From the sequence record SRR20825006_1727: a stretch of 49,744 bases of DNA. One strand, 5' to 3'. Made by a program: the position numbers and the translations under genes. Below the pieces are notes generated by a model that saw only the letters and a list, made by a program, of their open reading frames with translations, did no database searches and had not been told where the DNA came from. Positions 36,282-44,368 of this stretch are shown piece by piece; position 1 is the first letter of the stretch, and every line of letters begins with the position of its first letter.

Positions 36282-36971
36282 ATGAAAATCACAAATTATA
36301 TATACTTAGCAGCGACAGCATTGCTCTTTGCATCCTGCGAAATTGACAACTATGACGAGCCGGAATCCTTTTTCACCGGAAACATCGTGTACAACGGGGA
36401 GCCTATTGAAGTGGGTGCGCGCGAAGTACGTTTTCAGCTCTTTCAACCCGGATTTGGAGCCTTAGCTCCACTAGATATGCATCTGGATCTAGATGGCTCT
36501 TTTAGCGGACGCTTTTTTGACGGGGATTATAAACTGAAGTTCATAAATGGTCAAGGACCGTTTAAAGCCTATGAAGTAAACGAGCAACAAGGCGATACCA
36601 TTTTTATTTCGCTACGCGGAAATACTGAAATGGATATTGAGGTGCTGCCCTACTATATGCTCAGTGGCGAGAGCTTTAGCGCAAGTAGCACTGTGGTTGA
36701 TGCCGCTGCCAATTATGATCAGATCATTACAGATGCTGATGCAAGAGCTATTGAGTTTGCCAGATTATATCTTAACGATACAGAACAAGTCTCTAACAAC
36801 GGAGATTATCATAGGGTATGGAGTGATATGACCGTGGGTTCTGGTAATCTTAGCGGCAGTACCGCTTTACCAGAGGGCTATGCCAAGCCTTATATTTTTG
36901 CTCGCATTGGAGTTAAGATCGTAGGCGTAGAAGACATGCTTTTTAGCCCGGTTCAAAAATTAGACCTGTAA
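36282..36971 (+). CDS. DUF3823-family lipoprotein (SusE-positioned)
   Basis: Lipobox FASC followed by EIDNYDEP, F.GDYKL and FARIG; directly after susD2. Confidence 0.8.
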   Translation: MKITNYIYLAATALLFASCEIDNYDEPESFFTGNIVYNGEPIEVGAREVRFQLFQPGFGALAPLDMHLDLDGSFSGRFFDGDYKLKFINGQGPFKAYEVNEQQGDTIFISLRGNTEMDIEVLPYYMLSGESFSASSTVVDAAANYDQIITDADARAIEFARLYLNDTEQVSNNGDYHRVWSDMTVGSGNLSGSTALPEGYAKPYIFARIGVKIVGVEDMLFSPVQKLDL

Positions 36972-36994
36972 ATTCTTTTTTAGTTGAAGTTGAG

Positions 36995-37032
36995 AAGGAA
37001 GTCCGTAAAGCAATTTTCGGGCTTCCTTTATT
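36995..37032 (+). terminator. Intrinsic terminator
   Basis: AAGGAAGTCCG/CGGGCTTCCTT stem followed by TATT. Confidence 0.65.
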
Positions 37033-37065
37033 AAATATTAAAATTAACTTAAGAAATCTAAACCA

Positions 37066-37083
37066 AAGTAAAACGTTTTACTT
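37066..37083. promoter_or_regulatory. Putative LacI operator 3
   Basis: Perfect 18-bp palindrome AAGTAAAACGTTTTACTT upstream of the first GH92. Confidence 0.82.
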
Positions 37084-37139
37084 ATATTGAACCATTAAAT
37101 TATTTCAAACGTTATAGTGAAACGCTTATTTTTAATATA

Positions 37140-39437
37140 ATGCAAGTGTTTAAACAACAAATACAAAAACTCTTTCTAAGCCTGCTGCTCTTTGGTTTGA
37201 GTTTATATCAGCCTATAATAGCACAGCGTAACTTATCAGACTACGTAAACACGCTTCAAGGTACTAATTCTAAATTTGAACTTACTAGAGGTAACACCTA
37301 CCCTACTACAGCGCTTCCTTTTGGGATGAATACCTGGACACCTCAAACAGGTCCCAATGGTGACGGATGGAAATATCAATATTTTAAAGAAACCATACGT
37401 GGTTTTCAACAAGCGCACCAATGCAGTTCCTGGAGTAATGATTATGCAGTATTCTCCTTAATGCCGGTAACTCAAAGCTTAAAGTTAAATGAGAATGATA
37501 GGCAATCTGGATTTAGCCATAATAACGAGACTGCGAAGCCCTATTACTATCAAGTAAATCTTGATAACGGAGTCAATACCGAAATGGCACCTACAGAACG
37601 TGGAGTTCATATGCGTTTCAGTTTCCCTAAAAATGAAAAATCTTATGTAGTCCTCGACGGCTATACAGGAATTAGCGGTGTTGAGATCGATCAAAAAAAT
37701 AAACGCATTTCAGGATACGTGCATAATGGCAGAGGGATGGAGCGTTTTGAGCATTTTAAAAACTTTTTTGTCATCGAGTTTGACAAGCCCTTTAAGGCTT
37801 TTGGTACTTGGGATAACACAAATGGTGCTAAAAAAGAAAGCAATACCTCAGCAGAAGGCAAAGGTAAAGGTGCATATATTCAGTTTAATAATGGTGCTGA
37901 TGTAAAGGTGAAAATTGCCTCTTCGTACATCAGTCAAGAGCAAGCGCAACGTAATTTGAATAATGAATTAGGTAAAGCTAAAAACCTTGAGGCTACTAAG
38001 GCCGCGGCTAAACAAATATGGAATGAGCATCTAAGTAAAATCTTAGTTGAGGGCGGCTCTGAAGAGGATATGAAAACCTTTTATTCTTGCTTTTTTAGAG
38101 CGAGTTTATTTTCTCGTAAATTCTATGAACTCAATGAAGCCGGAGAACCTTATTATTTTAGTCCGTATGATGGCGAAGTGCACGAGGGATATATGTATAC
38201 TGACACCGGATTTTGGGATACATTTAGAGCACAGTTTCCGCTTAATGCGCTTCTTTATCCTGAGATGCACGGCAGGTATGTTTCGGCTCTTTTAGATGCC
38301 TACGAGCAATGCGGGTGGTTGCCTTCTTGGTCCTTCCCTAGTGAAGCCGGGAGTATGATAGGAAATCACGCCATTACCCTATTTGCAGATGCCTGGGCAA
38401 AAGGCATCCACACCTTTGACCCTCAAAAAGCTTTAGAAGCCTATTATCACGAAGCAACAGAAAAAGGCCCTTGGGGACCCGCAAATGGTCGTCACGGTCA
38501 TAAGGAATATTATACGTTGGGTTATGTACCCTATCCTAAATATGGTGAAGCTACTGCTAAAACATTAGAATATGCCTATGATGATTTTTGCGGATATAAT
38601 TTGGCAAAAATGACCAACAATACATTTTATGAGAATGTATTTGGTCGCCAAATGTATAATTACAAAAACGTATGGGATTCTGGTGTAGGCTTTATGCGTG
38701 GCAGAAAAGCTGACGGCTCCTGGGTTCCTGATTTTGATGCGTATGAATGGGGAGGCCCGTTTACTGAAGGGAATGCTTGGCACTACGTGTGGTCAGTATT
38801 TCAAGATCCCAAAGGTCTAATCAATTTAATGGGTGGAGAAGAACGTTTTAACGCTAAAATGGATTCTGTTTTCACGGTACCTAATACCGTTCACGTAGGA
38901 ACCTATGGTGGAAAAATTCACGAAATGACCGAGATGGAAATGGCAGAAATGGGTCAATATGCTCACGGAAATCAGCCTATTCAACATATGATTTATTTAT
39001 ACAATTACTCGGGTCAACCCTGGAAATCCCAGCAAAAATCCCGTGAAGTAATGCGCAAACTATATAATTATACAGAAAACGGCTATCCCGGTGATGAAGA
39101 TCAAGGTCAAACCTCTTCTTGGTATGTTTTAAGTGCGATGGGATTTTATAGTGTGTGCCCGGGAACTAACGAATATGTTTTAGGAAGTCCGGTTTTTGAG
39201 AAAACAACCATTTCTCTTGGAAATGGAAAAACATTCACCATTAAAGCCGCTGATAATTCACAACAGAATGTTTACATCAATTCAGCTCAACTTAACGGAA
39301 GCGCTTTCTCAAAAAACTACTTAACTTATCAACAACTTTTAGACGGAGGTACTTTTGACCTTCAAATGAGTGCTACACCCAATAAGAAACGTGGCATACA
39401 GAATACAGATAAACCTTTTTCACTCACAGAATATTAA
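37140..39437 (+). CDS. GH92 alpha-mannosidase 1
   Basis: GNTYP..ALPFG, GFWDTFR, TLEYAYDD, catalytic FTEGN, HGNQP, GDEDQG. Confidence 0.95.
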   Translation: MQVFKQQIQKLFLSLLLFGLSLYQPIIAQRNLSDYVNTLQGTNSKFELTRGNTYPTTALPFGMNTWTPQTGPNGDGWKYQYFKETIRGFQQAHQCSSWSNDYAVFSLMPVTQSLKLNENDRQSGFSHNNETAKPYYYQVNLDNGVNTEMAPTERGVHMRFSFPKNEKSYVVLDGYTGISGVEIDQKNKRISGYVHNGRGMERFEHFKNFFVIEFDKPFKAFGTWDNTNGAKKESNTSAEGKGKGAYIQFNNGADVKVKIASSYISQEQAQRNLNNELGKAKNLEATKAAAKQIWNEHLSKILVEGGSEEDMKTFYSCFFRASLFSRKFYELNEAGEPYYFSPYDGEVHEGYMYTDTGFWDTFRAQFPLNALLYPEMHGRYVSALLDAYEQCGWLPSWSFPSEAGSMIGNHAITLFADAWAKGIHTFDPQKALEAYYHEATEKGPWGPANGRHGHKEYYTLGYVPYPKYGEATAKTLEYAYDDFCGYNLAKMTNNTFYENVFGRQMYNYKNVWDSGVGFMRGRKADGSWVPDFDAYEWGGPFTEGNAWHYVWSVFQDPKGLINLMGGEERFNAKMDSVFTVPNTVHVGTYGGKIHEMTEMEMAEMGQYAHGNQPIQHMIYLYNYSGQPWKSQQKSREVMRKLYNYTENGYPGDEDQGQTSSWYVLSAMGFYSVCPGTNEYVLGSPVFEKTTISLGNGKTFTIKAADNSQQNVYINSAQLNGSAFSKNYLTYQQLLDGGTFDLQMSATPNKKRGIQNTDKPFSLTEY

Positions 39438-39448
39438 AAACCAAAAAC

Positions 39449-40897
39449 ATGAAACAAAAAAAGAACTCCCATTCTACCGAAAGAAGAGACTTTATTAAAA
39501 AGGCTTCAATAGCTTCTTTAGGTATTTCTATTGTACCCAGACACGTATTAGGAGGTGTAGGGTTTACTGCGCCTAGTGACAAACTCGTTGTTGCCGGTAT
39601 AGGTGTAGGTGGAAAAGGAGAAAGTGATATTAAAAGTTTTGCCGATTCTGGTTTGGCAGAAATCGCGTTCTTATGCGACGTTGATGATCGTAGAGCAGCC
39701 AACTCAAGAGCGCGTTTCCCAAAAGCGAAATACTATAAAGATTATCGCGAAATGCTTGAAAAAGAAGGCGATAAGATTGACGCTGTTTCTGTTTCTACAC
39801 CAGATCACAACCATGCTGTTCAAGCAATGGCTGCTATGGAAATGGGCAAGCACGTTTATGTGCAAAAGCCCCTGACCCACGATATTTATGAAGCGCGCCA
39901 GCTTACCGAAGCTGCAGACAAATACAAAGTGGTTACACAAATGGGTAACCAAGGAGCGTCTAACAACGGTACGCGTTTAATGAGCGAGTGGTTTGATGCC
40001 GGCTTGATTGGTGAGATTGAAGAAGTATATTGCTGGACAGACAGACCGGTTTGGCCTCAAGGAATTCCTTGGCCACAAACGCCTGAAGCAGTCCCAAGCG
40101 AACTAGATTGGGATCTTTGGTTGGGTACGGCTCCTTATAAAGATTATGTAGGCGGCTTAGTACCGTTCAACTGGCGTGGCTGGTGGGATTATGGTACAGG
40201 CGCATTAGGCGATATGGGATGTCACTTGGTTGAAGTTCCAGTGCGCGTGCTTAACCTAAAATATCCTAAGGATGTGCAATGTAGCGTAGGAAGTGTGTAC
40301 GTAGACGAATTCAAGCGCGGTTATTTCCCTGAAAGCTGCCCTCCATCAAGTCACGTTACAATGACCTTCCCTAAAACCGATAAAACAAAAGGAGACATCA
40401 AATTACACTGGATGGACGGAGGTATTCAGCCGGCTCGCCCAGAAGAATTGGGTCCAAACGAAGTCTTTGGAGACGGCGGAAACGGAGTGCTATTTGTAGG
40501 TACTAAAGGTAAAATGATGTGTGGTACCTATTCTGAAAATCCACAACTATTACCGACTTCAAAAACAGAACAAACTAAAGTTTCAGAAAAATATGAGCGT
40601 GTACCAGGTGGTGCAGGCGGTCACTACAAGCAATGGGTAGAAGCTGCTCTTGCCGGATACGGTAAAAAAGAAGTGAGTTCGCCGTTTAGCGTTGCAGGAC
40701 CACTTACAGAGACCTTATTGATTGCCAATCTCGCCATAAGAGGTTTTGACATTCGCAAGGAACTTGAAAATGGAAACGTAGAATACCCGGGGCGTTATAT
40801 TGAAATGCTTTGGGACGCAGAAAATATGCGCGTAACTAATTTTGAAGAAGCAAATCAATTTGTGAAGCGTAATTACCGCGAAGGGTGGAAATTATAA
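39449..40897 (+). CDS. Tat-exported Gfo/Idh/MocA NAD-dependent oxidoreductase
   Basis: Twin-arginine RRDFIK, IGVGGKG, STPDHNH, HVYVQKP, GALGDMGCH. Confidence 0.92.
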   Translation: MKQKKNSHSTERRDFIKKASIASLGISIVPRHVLGGVGFTAPSDKLVVAGIGVGGKGESDIKSFADSGLAEIAFLCDVDDRRAANSRARFPKAKYYKDYREMLEKEGDKIDAVSVSTPDHNHAVQAMAAMEMGKHVYVQKPLTHDIYEARQLTEAADKYKVVTQMGNQGASNNGTRLMSEWFDAGLIGEIEEVYCWTDRPVWPQGIPWPQTPEAVPSELDWDLWLGTAPYKDYVGGLVPFNWRGWWDYGTGALGDMGCHLVEVPVRVLNLKYPKDVQCSVGSVYVDEFKRGYFPESCPPSSHVTMTFPKTDKTKGDIKLHWMDGGIQPARPEELGPNEVFGDGGNGVLFVGTKGKMMCGTYSENPQLLPTSKTEQTKVSEKYERVPGGAGGHYKQWVEAALAGYGKKEVSSPFSVAGPLTETLLIANLAIRGFDIRKELENGNVEYPGRYIEMLWDAENMRVTNFEEANQFVKRNYREGWKL

Positions 40898-40946
40898 TAT
40901 ATAGAAGCTAATACCCACCGAAGCAACACAGCTGATTGTGAACAGG

Positions 40947-41003
40947 AAATCTACTTTCTGGACCTTCGTTTCCTTTACAAGGTTTTTGAAAGTAGATTTT
41001 TTT
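40947..41003 (+). terminator. Intrinsic terminator
   Basis: AAATCTACTTTC (40947-40958)/GAAAGTAGATTT (40988-40999) followed by a T-run. Confidence 0.7.
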
Positions 41004-41100
41004 ATCTCAAAAAGAAATACGTAGTAAACTATCATTTGGCAAATCTCATACTCTTTAATCTTGAGCACCCGCCAATAAAATTTTAAAAATTCTTAACACT

Positions 41101-41116
41101 ACTAAAACGTTTTACT
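41101..41116. promoter_or_regulatory. Putative LacI operator 4
   Basis: ACTAAAACGTTTTACT upstream of GH43. Confidence 0.8.
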
Positions 41117-41153
41117 ATTGTATGTATTATATTTAGAACCTCAATTTAGAATT

Positions 41154-42128
41154 ATGAAAAAACTTTTAACGCTTTTACTTCTTTCGGCACTTTTCACCAG
41201 CTGTGCTCAAAAAAAAGAAGTGGCTAACAACAACCCTGTTTTTCCGGGATGGTATGCAGATCCTGAAGGGATCATTTTTGATGACACCTATTATATCTAC
41301 CCTACTTATTCTGCTCCGTATGAAGAACAAGTATTTTTAGATGTATTCTCTTCGCCCAATCTCACCGAATGGACCAAGCACGAACATATCTTAGACACTT
41401 CCGCAGTTAAATGGGCAAAGCGTGCAATGTGGGCGCCTTCCATCATTAAAAAAGATGATAAATATTATTTGTTTTTTGGAGCTAATGATATTCAAAGTGA
41501 TGATGAATTAGGTGGAATTGGAGTCGCAGTAAGTGATTCTCCTGAAGGTCCGTTTAAAGATCATTTAGGCAAACCTTTAATTGATAAGTTTCACAATGGT
41601 GCACAGCCCATAGATCAATTTGTGTTTAAAGATAAAGATGGCTCGTACTACCTATATTATGGAGGTTGGAGACATTGTAACGTCGCTAAATTGAATGATG
41701 ATTTCACCGGTTTCATTCCTTTTGAAGATGGTACAATCTTTAAAGAAATCACACCAGAAAGTTATGTTGAAGGACCGTTTATGTTTATCAAAGACGGTAA
41801 GTATTATTTTATGTGGTCTGAAGGCGGCTGGACCGGTCCTGATTACAGTGTCGCTTATGCCATTTCTGATTCTCCTTTTGGCCCTTTTAAAAGAGAAGAT
41901 AAGATCTTACAGCAAGATCCGGAGATCGCTACCGGTGCCGGGCATCATAGTGTAATTCACCCTCAAGATTCAGAGGATTACTATATGGTCTATCACCGCA
42001 GACCTTTAGACGAGACCGATCAGAACTCTAGAGAAACCTGTATTGACAGAATGTATTTTGACGAAAACGGTCGTATTAAAACCGTTAAGATCACCAATGA
42101 AGGCGTCGAGGCTCACCCCCTAGACTAA
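41154..42128 (+). CDS. GH43 five-bladed beta-propeller glycosidase, lipoprotein
   Basis: Lipobox FTSC; YADP, WAPS, IDQ, VEGP and GHHS motifs. ATG at 41154 preferred. Confidence 0.92.
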   Translation: MKKLLTLLLLSALFTSCAQKKEVANNNPVFPGWYADPEGIIFDDTYYIYPTYSAPYEEQVFLDVFSSPNLTEWTKHEHILDTSAVKWAKRAMWAPSIIKKDDKYYLFFGANDIQSDDELGGIGVAVSDSPEGPFKDHLGKPLIDKFHNGAQPIDQFVFKDKDGSYYLYYGGWRHCNVAKLNDDFTGFIPFEDGTIFKEITPESYVEGPFMFIKDGKYYFMWSEGGWTGPDYSVAYAISDSPFGPFKREDKILQQDPEIATGAGHHSVIHPQDSEDYYMVYHRRPLDETDQNSRETCIDRMYFDENGRIKTVKITNEGVEAHPLD

Positions 42129-42155
42129 CCGGACACACCACCAGAAATAACTAAA

Positions 42156-44327
42156 ATGAAAAAATATAATCTAATGAGTTTCTTTGCAGGTTGCCTATTG
42201 CTGCTTTCCTGTGATGATTCTCAAAACAAAATTATAGACATAACTACTGTAGATAAGCCTTCGGTAGCTACAACAAATACAAATTATGTAAGCAATCGCG
42301 CTCCGCTTGCTCCAAGTGCGCTGATCAAACTTCCGCTAGGCGCCATTAAACCGGGAAGCTGGCTAAAAGAAAGTCTGCAGCGTCAAGCCGATGGTCTTAT
42401 GGGCAATCTTGGCGAGATCAGCGCGTGGTTACAAAAAGACGACAATGCCTGGTTATCAGATGACGGTACCGGCGCCTGGGGCTGGGAAGAAGTCCCTTAC
42501 TGGTTAAAAGGCTATGCGAATACCGGCTATATTTTGCAAGATTCTTCGATGATCAAAGAATCGCAAATTTGGTTTGAAGCTGCGCTGAAAAGTCAGCGTG
42601 AAGATGGCAACTTTGGTCCTAAAATGTTTTCAGATCGCGATGGCTCTCAAGACTTCTGGTCCAATATGATTATGCTGTATTGCCTGCAGTCGTATTACGA
42701 GGCAACTCAGGATGAGCGTGTGATTGACTTGATGACCAAATACTTTAAGTATCAAAATAGTGTACCTGATGATAAAATGCTTTCAGGTGTACATTATTGG
42801 CAAACCTTGCGCGGTGGTGATAACCTCTATAGCGTGATCTGGTTGTATAATCGTACAGGAGATAAATTCCTTCTGGATCTAGCCGATAAACTACACCGCA
42901 CAAATGCCGACTGGTCGAAGCGCGACAATACTTTAACCGAAATTCACAACCATAAAGAAACCCGCGAAGGAATGGAATTTCCAGACTGGTTTAGCAAATT
43001 GGTTGACTGGCATAATGTAAATATTGCACAAGGTTTTAGAGAACCGGCGCAATATTATCAGTTAAGTAAAAACGAAGAAGATCTGCAAGCCACCTATGAC
43101 GACTTTAAGATCATAAGAGATTATTTTGGTCAGGTGCCTGGCGGAATGTTTGGTGCCGATGAAAATGCGCGTCCCGGCTATAGCGATCCCCGTCAAGGAG
43201 TTGAAACCTGCGGAATGGTAGAACAAATGAACAGCGACGAGCATTTGCTGCGCATTACCGGTGATATTTTTTGGGCAGACCACGCTGAAGAAGTAGCTTT
43301 TAACACCTACCCTGCTGCGTTAATGCCAGATTTTAGATCGTTACGCTACATCACCAGCCCAAATATGGTGTTGAATGATGATGCCAATCACAGTCCGGGG
43401 ATCGCGAATGCTGGTCCGTTTTTAATGATGAACCCATTCAGTTCAAGATGCTGCCAACATAACCACGGGCAAGGCTGGGCCTACTTTACCGAAAATCTGT
43501 TTATGGCAACGCCAGATAACGGTCTTGCAGCTGTTCTTTATGCTGCAGGTTCGGTTACAGCTAAAGTGAGCGATGGCAAAGAAGTGACGGTAACTAATGA
43601 CTCAAACTACCCATTTACAGAACGTTTAGACTTTACCGTAAACACTTCAGAAGCTGTTGAATTCCCATTATACTTTAGAATTCCGGCGTGGGCCAAGAAT
43701 GCTTCGGTAGCATTGAATGGTGAAGCACTTGATGCAAATCTTTCAGCAAATACTTATTTACGCATTGAGCGCGAATGGAACGACGGTGACACCATTACGT
43801 TAACCCTTCCGAAGGAATTAGGCTTACGAACCTGGGAAGCCAATAATAACAGTGTAAGTCTCGATTACGGTCCGCTTACTTTTTCGCTTAAAATAGAAGA
43901 AGAATACCCAACGAAGAACAGTTCGCAAACCGCAGTTTGGGATTCAAAATGGCAAAAAGATGCTGATGTAGAAAAATGGCCTTCTTTTGAGATTCATCCG
44001 GCCTCACCGTGGAATTATGGCTTAATTTTAGACAAAGATCATCTTGAAGATTCGTTCAGCATTGAAACTAAGTCGTGGCCAGAGGACGATTATCCATTTA
44101 CGGTTGATGCTGCTCCTATTGTGATCAAAGCAAAAGGAAAACGCATTCCGCAATGGACGATTGATCAATATGGTCTTGCAGGCGAACTGCAGCCAAGTCC
44201 TGTAAAATCTACAGAACCGGCTGAAGATATTGAATTAATTCCTATGGGCGCAGCGCGTTTACGCATCAGTGCATTTCCGGTGATCGGAGAAGGCAACGCC
44301 GCAACCACTTGGGAACCTACTAAATAA
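42156..44327 (+). CDS. GH127/GH146-like cysteine glycosidase (beta-L-arabinofuranosidase-like), lipoprotein
   Basis: Lipobox LLSC; HNVN, VETCG and RCCQHN (Glu/Cys3 Zn site); YFRIPAWA, LIPMGAARLRI. Confidence 0.85.
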   Translation: MKKYNLMSFFAGCLLLLSCDDSQNKIIDITTVDKPSVATTNTNYVSNRAPLAPSALIKLPLGAIKPGSWLKESLQRQADGLMGNLGEISAWLQKDDNAWLSDDGTGAWGWEEVPYWLKGYANTGYILQDSSMIKESQIWFEAALKSQREDGNFGPKMFSDRDGSQDFWSNMIMLYCLQSYYEATQDERVIDLMTKYFKYQNSVPDDKMLSGVHYWQTLRGGDNLYSVIWLYNRTGDKFLLDLADKLHRTNADWSKRDNTLTEIHNHKETREGMEFPDWFSKLVDWHNVNIAQGFREPAQYYQLSKNEEDLQATYDDFKIIRDYFGQVPGGMFGADENARPGYSDPRQGVETCGMVEQMNSDEHLLRITGDIFWADHAEEVAFNTYPAALMPDFRSLRYITSPNMVLNDDANHSPGIANAGPFLMMNPFSSRCCQHNHGQGWAYFTENLFMATPDNGLAAVLYAAGSVTAKVSDGKEVTVTNDSNYPFTERLDFTVNTSEAVEFPLYFRIPAWAKNASVALNGEALDANLSANTYLRIEREWNDGDTITLTLPKELGLRTWEANNNSVSLDYGPLTFSLKIEEEYPTKNSSQTAVWDSKWQKDADVEKWPSFEIHPASPWNYGLILDKDHLEDSFSIETKSWPEDDYPFTVDAAPIVIKAKGKRIPQWTIDQYGLAGELQPSPVKSTEPAEDIELIPMGAARLRISAFPVIGEGNAATTWEPTK

Positions 44328-44368
44328 ATCAAACACTCTAAACACACACTAATCGCAAATTGAAGCTT

